Shown one piece after another: positions 11,436 to 23,488 of a DNA stretch of 39,440 nucleotides (position 1 is its first letter; each line of letters starts with the position of its first letter). The stretch is from Parvularia atlantis (taxonomy: Eukaryota). The notes beneath the pieces are model-generated. The model worked only from the letters and a program-made list of their open reading frames with translations. It ran no database searches and had not been told where the DNA came from. A program made the translations under genes and the position numbers. The stretch covers positions 1 through 39,440 of the forward strand of contig CALSCO010001525.1 of NCBI GenBank assembly GCA_943704415.1. Reading direction: 5' to 3'.

Positions 11436-12583
11436 ATGGACCGGCGAGGATGCACGCCGCGGCCGCCGATATCGAGCGCGCTGTGGTCGATGCGCGAGGC
11501 GGCGCGGGCCAACAGCACGGTGTCGCGCGCCGTGCTCACGGCCGTGTGCGGCCTGTCGGCGCTGTTCATGCAGCGCCTGTGCCGCACGACCACCTACAAC
11601 GTCCAGACGCTCATCGACCTCGTCGACTCGGACCGCGGCGGGCGCCCGCTCCTCACGGTGCCGTGCCGCGGCGTGGCGGGCCGCGCACGGGCGCTCACGC
11701 CGGCCCGACGCGCCAGGTCATCAACCACGAGTGCAACATCGATGACCCGCTGCTGGCCGGCGCCCTGCCGTGGCCCGTGCTGCGCCGCTGCATCCGCGCA
11801 GGCCGCATGCGCTTCGTGCCCGCTTCCGAGTACATCTGCTTCCCAAACGACCTCTTGGGCTTCTTCTTCGGCCTCGGCCGGCTCGTGCCCGTGCGGTGCG
11901 CGCCGTCTGCGCGCCAGATGCCCGCGCTCACGTCGCCCGCGGTGCCAGATGGGGCCTCGGCGTGCACCAGTTTGGCATGCGCTACGTCGGCGACCGCCTG
12001 CTCGAGGGCGGGTGGGTCAACATCTTCCCGGAGGGCTTCGTGAACCAGCGCGGTGGGGGTGTGGCCGCGTGCGAGTGCGGCTGGCGTTGACGGGGGCGCC
12101 GCGCAGGGTTCATGTCGCGCATAAAGTGGGGCGTCGGCGAGCTGATCATGCGCGCGGGCGCGGCGTCGCCAGCACAGCACCCGATCATCCTCCCGATCGC
12201 GCACGACGGTGCATGGCCGCACGGACGCGCTGTTGCGGTCCTGCCTGACCGAGCGGGCGCCAGGCATGCGCGACGTCATGCCGGCCTCGCCGCCCGGGTT
12301 CAAGCTGCCGCGGCTGGGGCGCGAGGTGCATGTGATGGTGGGCGAGCCGTTCGACATGCGCGAGCTGCTGGACTACCACGCACACGCAGGGTGCGACATT
12401 CGCGCACACCGCATGCACCTCGCTGAGCGCGAGCGCAGGTCATCGCCCGACGTCGTGCGCAGCCACCTGACCGAGGTGGTGCAGATGAAGCTGGCCGACC
12501 TCGTGCACCGCGTGCGGCACTACCGGCACGACGCCACGCCCGATGACCCATTGCAGCTGCGCTACGTCGGCCGCGGGCGCTGA
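11436..12583 (+). CDS. TAZ: Tafazzin-family phospholipid acyltransferase, 6 exons
   Basis: RPLLT|VINHECNIDDPLL (NHx4DDP), FFGLGRLVPVR|WGLGVHQ, WVNIFPEG, IKWGVGELI, IILPIAHD|GMRDVMP, VMVGEPFD. Confidence 0.88.
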
Positions 12584-12633
12584 GCGCAGCTCGCCTGGCT
12601 TTAGAATGTACAGCTGCACAAGCACAGGCACGG

Positions 12634-14839
12634 TCACGACGCGTGCTCGTGCCGCGGCTGCGACGCCGCCACCCACAGGTGGTTGGCCACGTACAAGTAG
12701 ACGGCCCAGCTCGTGGCAAAGATGAGGAAGAGCACGTCGAACCACCTGCGCCGGCGGCGTCAGCAGCAGCGCAGTCGAGCGCGAGCACGCCGCCGCACCG
12801 GTGGTAGAAGTTGAACTGGAGACTGCCGAGCACACGCGTGAGGATGGAGCTGTGCGGCACGAACGATCAGCGGGCATGCTGGTTGCGCCGAAGCGGGGCG
12901 CGCACCGGTACTCGGGCGGCAGGTTCATGCGCATCAGCAGCACCGACGACACGCAGTACATGCCGATGACCTATGGCCGCGTTGTGAGCGCCCGCGCTTG
13001 TGCGGTCGGCCGCCAAAGGCACGAACCTGCGCAAAGATGAGCACGACGACCTTGGACGAGGCGTTGCTGGCGTGGGCGTGGAAGAACTGCACGGGCGCGC
13101 GCGTCAGTGACGGCGTCGCGCGTCTGCTCGCAGCGCACCTTGCCGAGGTGGATGAGCAGGCCGCGGATGTTGGTGACGATGATCACGCCTGGGTGAGCGT
13201 CAGTGCGTGCACACGACGGGCCGACAGCGCAGCGCGGCGCACCCACGAGGATGAACGAGATGTACTGCGACCACAGTGGCACGTCGACCTTCAGGTGCAG
13301 CCAGTGCACGAGGATCTCCATGCCCTGCGTGACCGGGTCCTTCTTGCCGTGGCGGTCGTAGATGATGTTGACGCTGGCCTGGCCGGTGCGGCGCGGCGGT
13401 GAGCGCCAGCATGCGCAGCGGCGCCTCGCCCACCATCACGATCTTATAGACGCAGTAGACCGACAGGACGTACCCGAGGAAGTTGAAGTAGCGCCCGCGG
13501 AACGTCTTGGACATGCGAATGCGCTCCTGCGGGCGCGTGAGCGACATGCGCACGGGCACACCGCAGTGCAGCGCCAGACCGACCTGCATCAGACGCTGCT
13601 CGTGCAGCTCGAGGAACATCTGGCGGCTGACCTCCTCCAAGCCGCTGATCTCGTTCTGCAGCATGCGCAAGCCTGCGGGCGCCGCCGCGCTCATCACTAC
13701 ACCGCGAGCACGATCGCCAGCGCAGCCCGCACTCTCGTCTGCGACCGTGCCACCGCCGCTGCCGCCGCCACCGCCCCTGAGCCCGCCGAGGCCGAGCAGG
13801 TGCTGCGCAAAGTCGCTCAGCCCCGGGCGGGAGCCGCGCTCGGGCGTCTTTTGCTTGGGCTTCTGGCGCTCGAGCACGACGCGCCTCTTCTGCAGAGCGT
13901 TGGTGCTGGTGTTAGCAGCGGCGACCGCACGCGTCGCACGCACGGCGCACCTTGCTGCCGATGGTCTGGAGGGTCTGGATGAGCCGGCGCTCCTGCTTGG
14001 CGACCTCCTCGGCGTCAACCGAGCTGGTGCACCAGCTTAGGTCCACAACCGGCACGCGCATGTGAGCGCGCACCGCACAAAGTACGTGATGTACGAGTAC
14101 GGCCCGTGGACGGCGCCCGAGCCCGACAGGAACGCCATAACGGTCACGCCGACGACGCCGACGCGGCTGACGAGCTGCTCCATGCCGATCTTGTCTGCGC
14201 GCGGGCGTGCGAGCGTCGGCCGCATGCACCGCCGGCGGGTGCGCGCACCGTGGTCGATCGGGAAGAAAGTGAAGACGTACCAAAACGCGGTGGCGTAGCC
14301 AAGCCACATGAGCGCGGCGAGCACGGCCGTGAATGCCGGCCGAAGGGCTGCGTCCCGCGGCGTGAGCGCACGGCGCGCGCGCGCGCACGGGGCCGCTGCC
14401 GCCGCCGCGGCCGCCGCCGCACCGCGCTGCCAGCTCGCGATGACGAGGTAGAAGAAGTAGTACGGGAGCAGGCCGACGACGATGAAGACCATCGTGTACA
14501 GGCTGAGGCGCCAGTGCAGGAAGCGCGAGGTCTCGTCCAGCACGCCCAGGACCTCGAAGATGATGAGCTCGAACATGGTGCACGAGAGCGTGAACGTGCA
14601 CAGGAACGCGAGCTGCACGCCGCGCTCGCGGATCTCATAGTTCTTGAACAGCTCGAGCGCGAACCAGAGCAGCCCGCCGAGCAGGAACACCATCTGCGTG
14701 CCCAGCACGACGAGCGAGTCCTGGCACGGCGCGAGGCGTGAGGCGTGCGATGCGGGCCGCGCGCGCGCGCAGGCACCGTCAGGAACCGCTGGCTCAGCAG
14801 CGCCGGCAGGATCGCGATCTCTGCCGCCGGTGCGTTCAT
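12634..14839 (-). CDS. GPR89: Golgi pH regulator / GPR89 (GTG-like) anion channel, multi-exon
   Basis: LFKNYEIR..TFTLSCTMFELIIFEVLGVLD; EQLVSRVGVVGVTVMAFLSGSGAVHGPY; SKTFRGRYFNFLGY; WSQYISFILVG; YCVSSVLLMRMNLPPEYR; FNFYHR|WFDVLFL. Confidence 0.93.
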
Positions 14840-14962
14840 CGCGTGCAAAGTGCTTCCTGGGGCCGCCGTCTCACGAGCCGCTCACGGCCCGGGCCACAGA
14901 CACAATTTTTGTCAAGCATTTTTAAAGAGGGGACGCGCGTGTCGCGGCGCCAGTGTGCGCGC

Positions 14963-17900
14963 TCAGCCGAGCAGGATCACGAGCTCCTTCGTGTGCTGCG
15001 CGATCGTGAACGCGAGGCCAGCCACGCCCTGGCTCTCGGGCCGCAGACCCTGTTGCACGGCCACGGTCAGCGCGCGTGGCCTCGCGACGCAGGCCCCGAG
15101 CACGCACGTCGCGGTCGACGTTCTGGCGGATCTCGAGCATTGACGCGATGACGGTCGCGAGCGACTGCAGGATCGCGTCGACGCGCGGGAGCACCTCAGG
15201 CGCGGGCGCCTGGCCGGGCGTGGTGAGGCTGTGCGAAATGACGTTCTTGAACCGGGTGATGGCGACGACGACCGAGTCGAGCGCCGTGATAAAGTCGCTG
15301 TCGGAGCGGGCCGTCTGGCACGCGCGCGCGGGTCAGCGGCGCATGCCATCGCCAGGGCCACCGCGCGCACCTTGAGCACGAGCAGCAGCGTCTGGATCGC
15401 CTGCACGATGACGTTGGTCTGCTGGTCCAGGAACGCCTTAAGGTCCTCGACCTGGCAGCGCGCGTCAGCACCTCGCCATTGCCATCGCATGCCGGCGCGC
15501 ACGAACCGCAAACTCGCTGCGCGCGGTCGACACGCCCGCATTGAGCTGCGACAGCAGCTTCATGACGACTTGCGAGAGCGCGGTCGACAGCGTCTCCATC
15601 TGGATCACCGACTCCTCCGTGAGGTGGCCGCCCGAGGCTTGCCCCTTGGCCAGCACGACGAGCTGCGTGAGCTTGTCCGAAATCTCGTTCTGCAGGCTGT
15701 TGAGCTTCTCGATCTGCTGCGGCTTGAGCTCGCCCTTGTGCTGGCGCTCAAACTCCTCCGCGTCGTCGAGGTGCTTGCGCACGGTCATCACTGCGCACGC
15801 ACGGTCAGACCACGCATCGCGAGTGCGCACGCACACGCGCCGCACCGATCGACTTCATTGCCAGGAGGATGTCGGCCGGCACCTGGCGCTGCACCGCGCC
15901 AAACAGCTCCTGGATGCCGTTGACGAGGTCCTTGATGGCCATGCCGTCGTCAAACACCATTTCCTGTTGCGCACGGAATGAGCACCGCGCAAGACACAGT
16001 GCAGCGCGGCGCACCTCGGTCACCGAGACCATGAAGCTCGTGTTGGTCGACTGGCGCGGGAGCGTGGCGACGCCGGCCATGCCCGCGCGCGACATTGTGC
16101 TCTGCACCATTGACGCGCGCGCGCTCGCCTTTGGCAGCGCGTGAGGTCACAGGCAGCGGTCGGCACGCGTGCGTGCGCACCTTGAGCGACGACACCTGCT
16201 CCTTGAGCGCGCGGACCTCCTCCTTTAGCGCCATGTTCTCGACCTGGATCTCGTTGCGCTCCATCTCGACGTTGTTCTTCTCGTCCAGTAGCGCGCGGGC
16301 CTCACGCGACTTGGCCTCGACCGCGTTCTCGTGCTGCAGCAGCATCGCCGACAGCTCCTCGACGATGGCCTTGTGCTTGGCCGAGCTGGCCTCGATGTCG
16401 CCGAGCAGCGCCTTTTTCTCCGCGGTGAGCTGGCGGTGGGCTGTCAGCTGCTGCACACCAGCGCGCAAACGTCTGCCGGCGCACTTCGCTCAGGAAGTCC
16501 TGCGCGTCACTCAGCTGCGTGTTGAGCGAGCGGATGCGCTCTTCGTCCTGCCGGACGGTCAGCTCGAGCAGCGCGACCTGCTGCAGCAGCTTCTCGTTCG
16601 CGGCCATCTGGCTGCGCAGCGCCTCTTCCGACTGCGGCCCCGTGAGCCTTGCCGCGCGGGACAACCACGCGCGCACCTTGTACTGCTCGGCCTCGTTTTG
16701 CCGCACCATGCGCAGCTCCTGCTCCAGGTTGGAGATCTGGCGCTCGTACACGGCGACCTTGCTGCTAAACTCGCTCTCGAGCGCGACGATCTTCTGCGCG
16801 TGCTTGGCCTGGGCCCGCGCGGCGGCGGCGGTGAGTGCGCGGCTGGTGATCGCGCGTACGCGTCGTGCCGGGCGCACGTTGAGCTGCGTCATCTCGGTCT
16901 GGTGCACCAGGCGCACGTTCTGGATCAGCTCCTCCGTGTGCACGGACGACTGCGCGGCCTCGACGAGGACCGACGCGGCCGAGCCGCGCTTCAGGTCAGG
17001 CACGGGCGAGGGCGGCACGGCCAGCCCGGCGGGCTTGGGCGGGAGGACGAGCGTGCGGTCGGGCGAGGCCGTCAACGGCGGCTGGATGAGTGTGTGCGTG
17101 CGCGAGCCGGCGGGCGAGATCATCGTGCCGAGGTCGGCCATGAGGTTGTCAAGTGAGTCAAAGTTGAGCGTGCTGTACTCGGTGTCAACCTCGGTCGCGG
17201 CGGTTGCTGTGGCGCGAGCACGCGTCACACGGCCATGTCGTGCAGCATGCCGCACAGCCGCCCGCACCGCTCTTGTCGCCCAACGGCCGTGGCGGCGCCG
17301 GCATGGTGACGTTGGATCCGCGCGTCTTGCTGCGTTGCGGGCGCGTGTCAAGGCAGCGCAAGCGCGCGTTAGGGCAGAGTGCGCGCACGTCAGCGCCTGC
17401 GCGACGATCGGCGCAGGCGGTGCGGGCGTGCGCTCCGGGTGCGCGGCCGCACGCGCGGCGCCTGCGCCGGCCGGGTGCGGGGGCAGCACGGCCACGCCGC
17501 CTGGAGGCGGCTGGAACGCGGCCGGCGGGCTGGACGAGAGCGCGGGTACGGGTACGGGGGCGACTGCGGCTGCGTGTGCGGGTGCGGCTGCGAGCGTGCC
17601 CTCGACGGCTGCGCGCGCGGCCGGGAAGCGGCGGCCGATCTCGACGTAGACGTCGCAGGCGAGCTCCTTGTACCTGTCGGGCGCGTCAGGCCGCAGGGTG
17701 CGCGCCGCACACGGACGCGCCTGTCATCCGGCAGCGTCGCGAGCTTCTGCCGCGCCTGGTTGCGCTTCGGGTGGAACAGGTCCTGCACGGGCAGGAACGG
17801 CATCGCCTCGCCGCCCTGGGCCGCCGCGCGCATGAGACGGCGCACGCTCGCGGCGCACGCACGCGCACCCGCAGCGCCACACGGCGTTTGAGCTCGTCAA

Positions 17901-18162
17901 ACACGTCCGTCGCGAGCTCGTTGAACTGCTGCTTGGACAGCTTCGTGAGCTTGTCGCTGCGGTGCGGTGCGGCGCGGCGCGGCGCGTGTTTGGCGTGCGT
18001 GCGATCGCGAACGCCGCGCGGGCGGCTGCCGCACCGCGCGAGCAGGCGCGCGTCGCCGACGCCCTTCTGCTTGACCTCGTCCAGGTACGCCGCGAGGTAC
18101 GCGTGCAGCTCGCGCAGCTGCGCCTCGGCCGCATCGTCCTCGCGCGAGCGCTTCGACGCCAT
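14963..18162 (-). CDS. SPA2: Spa2-type polarity scaffold (two Spa2-homology repeats, coiled coil, GIT/Spa2 C-terminal helical domain); no ArfGAP or ankyrin domain
   Basis: DKLTKLSKQQFNELATDVFDELKRR and PFLPVQDLFHPKRNQARQKLATLPDDR|YKELACDVYVEIGRRFP; C-terminus EDLKAFLDQQTNVIVQAIQTLL..AGLAFTIAQHTKELV. Confidence 0.85.
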
Positions 18163-18187
18163 CCGGGAGAGGAGGAAGAAGAAAGGG

Positions 18188-18196
18188 AAAAAAAAA
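18188..18196 (-). terminator. RNA polymerase III oligo(T) terminator of tRNA-Lys
   Basis: T9 on the minus strand, 12 nt after the tRNA 3' end. Confidence 0.8.
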
Positions 18197-18208
18197 TAAA
18201 CAAGCACT

Positions 18209-18315
18209 CTCCTCGTGTGGGGGTCGAACCCACGACCCCAGGATCGCCAAGCGGCCTGACGTCACGCGCCGCGCCAATAAAAGTCCTGTGCTCTAGCCGA
18301 CTGAGCTAACGAGGA
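18209..18315 (-). tRNA. tRNA-Lys(UUU) with a 33-nt intron (18277-18245) at position 37/38
   Basis: TCCTCGT-TA-GCTCAGTCGGCTAGAGC-A-CAGGA-CT TTT A[intron]A-TCCTG-GGGTC-GTGGG TTCGACC CCCAC-ACGAGGA-G; all stems pair; oligo-T terminator follows. Confidence 0.95.
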
Positions 18316-18375
18316 AGCATTATCCGATCGGGCGCGGAAAACGGCCAAGACCGCGCGCACGCCGTAATCAACCGC

Positions 18376-20703
18376 ATGGCCGAGGCAGCGCCCGTCGCGG
18401 GCCCCTGGACGGCGCTGGACCCGCCGCTGCGCGCGACGACGCTGGCCGCGCTCGCGCGCCTCGGCTTCGCACAGATGACACCCGTCCAGGCCAGCGCCAT
18501 TCCGCTCTTCATGTCCAAGAAGGACGTCGTGGTCGAGGCCGTCACGGGCTCTGGCAAGACCCTCGCCTTCCTCGTGCCCGTGCTCGAGATGCTCCTGCGC
18601 CGCGACGCGCCGCTCAAGCGCAACGAGGTCGGCGCGGTCGTGATCGAGCCCACGCGCGAGCTCGCCAAGCAGGTCGCCGACGTCCTCCAGACCCTCCTCG
18701 CCGACGTCCCGCACCTGCCCATGCTCATGCTCACGGGCGGCACGCACCTCGAGCACGACGTGGCCGCGTTCCGCGAGCACGGCGCCGCCATCGTCGTCGC
18801 CACGCCTGGCCGCCTGGAGGAGATGATGGCCAAGGTACAAGACTTCCGCCTGCAGGAGCTCGAGGTGCTCGTGCTGGACGAGGCCGACCGGTGCGCCGCA
18901 GCCGTGGTGCCGGCCGCCACCGCACGCGCGCGGTCTCACGCCAGGGGCGCAGGCTGCTCGACCTCGGCTTCGAGACGACGCTCAACAGCATCATGCAGCG
19001 GCTGCCCAAGCAGCGCCGCACGGGGCTGTTCTCCGCGACCATGACCGACGGCGTGCACGGGCTCGTGCGGGCGGTGTGCCGCGCGGGCCGGCCGACCGCG
19101 TGCCCGGCCGCTCACGCGCGTAAATGGCAGGGCTTGCGCAACGCCGTGCGCGTCGTCGTCAAGGTGGAGCGGTCGCAGTCCAAGGTTGTGCAGAAGACGC
19201 CGTCGCGGTGAGCACGTGAGCGCCGTCGAGCGCTGCCCGGCTCAATGCGGTGCAGGCTGCACATCCACTACCTCGTGTGCGAGAGCGACGAGAAGATGGC
19301 GCATCTGGCCACGTTCCTCAAGGGCCGCGCGGGCGAGAAAGTGATGGTGCGCCGCGGGCGAGCCGTGGACGGCCGGCACTGACCCGAGCCAACACCAGGT
19401 GTACTTTGCGACGTGCGCCTGCGTCGACTACTACCTGCGCGTGATGGCGAGGATACGCATGCTCAAGGGCGTCAACCTGTTTGGGCTGCACGGGCGCCTG
19501 GACCAGCGCAAGCGCAACGGTGCGCCCTGTGGGTGGCCTATCTGCTGCTCACGTGCGCGCGAGCGCGTGCAGCCGTCAGCCAAGCTTTTGCCGCTAGCAC
19601 CGACGGCGTGCTGCTCTGCACCGACGTCGCCGCGCGCGGCCTCGACATCCCCGACGTCGACTGGGTTGTCCAGTACGACCCGCCGCAGGACCCATCCGAC
19701 TTTGTGCACCGCTGCGGGCGCACGGCGCGGATCGGCAAGGAGGGCAGCGCGCTCGTCTTTCTGCTGCCCAAAGAGGAGACGTACATTGGTGCGTGGCGCG
19801 CGGTCGGCGCGTGCACACCGCGCGCTCACTGCCGCGCGAGCAGAGTTCATGCGCCTGAGGAAAGTGCCCGTGACGCCCTTCGCCACTGAGCCGGTCGGCC
19901 GCGAGCATGTCGAGCGCGTGCTGTCGCAGATGAAGGCCGCGAGCCGCCGCGACCGCGACGTGTTTGAAAAGGTGTGCACATCAGCGCCAGCGTGAGTGTG
20001 CGCTTAGAATTGTTCGCCGAAGGGCACGCTCGCCTTTGTGAGCTTCCTGCGCTCGTACAAGGAGCACGTCTGCAGCTACATCTTTGTGCTCCGCGACCTC
20101 GACCTGGGCCGGCTGGCGCGCGGCTTTGCCCTGCTCCGGGTGCGCGCGTCGCTCTGCCGCGGTCGGTTTGCTGATTGCTCTCGCGCCAGCTGCCCAAGAT
20201 GCCCGAGCTCAAGAACGCCAAGATCGACTTTGCGCCCGAGGAGATCGATGTGCGCGCGCGTGGGCTGGCCGCTCTGCCCCGCTCTCTCGCTCACGCACGA
20301 CGGCGCAGTTTGACGCGATCCCGTACGCCGACAAGACGCGCGAGCGCCAGCGGCAGGCGCGCCTGGCCAAGATCCGCGACGGGTCGCTCGTGCCGAAGCC
20401 CGCGCGCGGCCGGCGCCCGGCCAAGACCGTCGCGTGGTCCGACCAGAAGGACCGCAAGAGCAAGCGGCGCGACCGGCGCGAGAAGTGCGTCGTGGCGTGG
20501 TGCGAACGCGCGGCCTGTGCCTGACGGCGTCGCGCAGGAAGGACCTCAAGCGGCAGCGCGGGGCCGACGATGCGGGCCCGGCCGACGCGGCCGTGGACCT
20601 GGACGAGATCAACGAGGACTACCGCGCGTACAAGCGCTCACGCAAAGGCAGACCAGACGACGACGATGTTGACTCGAGCACGCTCGACAATGCCGATTTG
20701 TAA
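18376..20703 (+). CDS. DDX55: DEAD-box RNA helicase DDX55/Spb4 (60S biogenesis), about 11 exons
   Basis: [122 protein letters not shown] 20701-20703. Confidence 0.95.
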
Positions 20704-20735
20704 TTAGCCTGTGCGCTGAGGCTTACGTACAGAGG

Positions 20736-21752
20736 ATGGCGCCGCGTGAGTGCCCGGAGCCCCTCGCCGGCTTCGACTTCCTGCTGGGCGTGCTGCTGCT
20801 GGGCGGCATCCTGCTCTCGTACCTGCCGCAGATGGTCAAGATCTGGCAGCGCAAGAGTCACGTGGGGTTGTCGCTGACGCGGGTGAGGCGTGTTCACCGC
20901 GTCCGCACGACCTGCTCACCACGCGCCGCCGCCGCACCGCCCCGCGCCGCCGCCGCCCCGCGCAGCTTGTCCTGGCCACCGTGTGCAGCTCGGCCAACTT
21001 TGTGCTCTATGTCGCGCTCGAGAGCAACGACGCGTTCTACTGCTGCACGTCATCGTTCGTGTGCTTCGCCAACATGCTCTCGTTCATCCAGAGCACGCTC
21101 ATCGTTCTGTGCGACGAGGGCACGATCCTCCTGGCCTTCTACTACTTTGACCACAACTGGCTGGCCGAGAACGGCTACAACGCGCACAAGCTCTTTGCCG
21201 AGGCGCGGCTGATCGTCTCACTGCTCGTGGGCTGGCAGGCGCTGATCCTCCTGGTGCGTTGGCGCACGCACCACTGCAGCCGGCCGCCCGCTGATGCGCG
21301 CTCAAACACGCAGCTCTTCCTCAGCTTCACCCTCGGCCTCGGCTTCGACAGCTCGGTCACGTACATCTACGGCCAGATCCTCGTCGCCATCGCCTCGATC
21401 GGCACCATCCTCGTACTCCTGCCGCAGATCTACGCCACGTACAAGCTCAAGCACATTGGCTCGCTCTCGATGGCCACACTCTTCCTCCAGGGCTTTGGCA
21501 CGGTCATCCTCACGTACTTCTCGTTCACACAGAACGCGTGCGTGCGCCATGTTCGCCAGCCCGTGCACGCGGTGCTCAGTGCGCCCGTCGCCGCCCAACA
21601 GGTGGTACATCTCCGTGCCCTACGCCTTTTCCGCGTTCTTCACCATCGTCCTGTTCTTCGAGGCCTGGTACTTTCTCCGGCAGGATCGCAAAACCGGCCA
21701 CGACCCGACCGCGACCGCTGGCGTGCACAACCCGCACCACCCCAAGATGTGA
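20736..21752 (+). CDS. PQ-loop repeat 7-TM transporter, 4 exons
   Basis: Two PQ motifs: LSYLPQMVKIWQRKSHVGLS and LLPQIYATYKLKHIGSLS; several TM helices. Confidence 0.88.
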
Positions 21753-21834
21753 GAAACAGCGCCGGCTGCTGGCTGCGCCCTCCCCACTGCTACGTACGTA
21801 GGCCTATCAAGAAGTGCCGCAATAATAAAAGCAA

Positions 21835-23354
21835 TTATCGTCGCACTGAGCTCGCCGTCGACGCCGTTCGCGTGACCTGTCGGCAGCGGGCATGAGCGCG
21901 CGCCCGGCCAGCCAGCCGCACGCACCCGTGGCAGCATCGCCGACGGCACGATGCCGCCGTCCCCGTTGATGCTCGCCTCGAAGCTGGTCGACAGCGGCGC
22001 GGTCGTCAGCAGGCTCTCGTACCTGCGCGTGGACGGCATCGGCCGCGGAGCAGGCACGGGGCGCGACGCGGGCGCTTGTGCGGGCGCCTGGGCGGGCGTG
22101 GCCGGCACGGAGAGGTCGTCGTCCGCCCCGTCCTCGCCCACAAAGGGCGTGCAGGCCGAGAGGAAGGCGTCGGTCGACGTGTGCGGGTACGACGCCTGGT
22201 GGTGCGACGCCATGCACAGCAGCCGCCGCCACAGGTCGACGTAGTTGTGCCTGAACGTGCGCGAAAGCGCCATGAACGCCTGGCGCGGGCGTGAGCGGCG
22301 CACACGAGAGAGCGAGCGAGTAAACGCGCGCGCACGACAAAGTTCAGGAAGCCCTGCAACGGGGCGAAAAAGGCAAAGATGATCGCGAGCGGGAAGGTCG
22401 TCTCGGGGTCCATCGTCACGTCGGCAAAGTCGCGCACGAGCGCGAGTACGGCGAGCACCTGCGCACGCTGGTGAGCCGCACCAAGCGCGTGCCGCGCCGG
22501 TATGTCGAGAGCGCACCAGGCTCCAGAACCAGCATAGGATGAACGAGACGACGATGCTCACGAAGATCCGCCGCCGGTCCTCCGAGATGCCGGAGAAGCG
22601 TGGCGTCAGCTTGGAGTAGTTTGCGAGCTTGCGGAACTCGCTGGCGCGCACGTCAAGCAGGAGGCACGCACAAAGGCGCGCCGCACCGGCGCAGCAGCAC
22701 GAGCAGCAGCACGTTGGTGCACCACGAGAAGAAGATCCAGCCGTCGAAGAAGACGATGCGCGCCCACGACGCCGTGAACCAGCACCCGACCTCGTGCTCG
22801 ATCACCGTCTCCGAGTACAGCCCGAGCCCGATCGGCACAGCCACGCACACGGCCGGGACGAGCGTGCACACGGCGAGGTAGCCGAGCTCGTACACGCGGC
22901 CGCGCGCCTCGTTCCGCCGCACCTCCTGCAGCATCGCGAGCCCGCTGGCCGCGCACGCGCGCACGTCAGATCACGGCGCGGGCGTTGTTGGCACGACGCA
23001 CATGCAGCAAGACCAGAAGAACGTGGAGACGTAGAAGAACGTCTGGGTGGCGCGCGGCGTGAGCGCATCGCAGCGGCGCCGCACCGCGCGCACCGAGAGC
23101 ACCGCGCCCGACACGCACAGCGGCACGGACGGGTCCGGCACGTTGGTGAACCATGCTGCCGAGCCGCCGAGCATGAACAGGCTCATGTACGTGACCAGTT
23201 TGAGGAAGAACGAGCGGTCACCGGGTACGAGCGCGTAGTACGCGATAAGGCTGAGCTCGCCCGCGATCGACAGGCTCGCCGACGTCCACATGAGCGGCAG
23301 GTACACGCTCGCGTACAGCGTCCAGCCGTCGTTTTCGGCGGACCCCCTTGCCAT
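21835..23354 (-). CDS. cAMP-receptor-like (CAR/GCR1/GPR157-type) G-protein-coupled receptor, multi-exon
   Basis: Seven hydrophobic segments: SASLSIAG, LKLVTYMSL, Cys before TM3 then FFYVSTFFWSCC, GCW in ECL2, FILCWFWS, PLQGFLNFV in TM7. Confidence 0.82.
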
Positions 23355-23488
23355 GCGACGGGTGTGGCGGCGATGAGCTGTGTCACAATGCTTTTCCCGG
23401 ACGAGCTGACGCGATCAGGAGGCCCGCGCGCCGGCCTCAAGAGGGCGGCCTGCGCCACGCGGCGCCGCACCGCGCACGTGCACGCACC

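Noticed and set aside
14900..14925. AATTTTTG resembling an snRNA/SL-RNA Sm site
   Set aside because: No flanking snRNA-like stem-loops recognised; better explained as the A-rich 3'-end signal of SPA2 on the minus strand.
23353..23488. Upstream coding exon extending the Rho-F-box N-terminus (ATG 23353, intron-like 23362-23418)
   Set aside because: Splicing leaves it out of frame with ATG 23489, and the 23489 start is exactly colinear with Rac1. At most a UTR intron.
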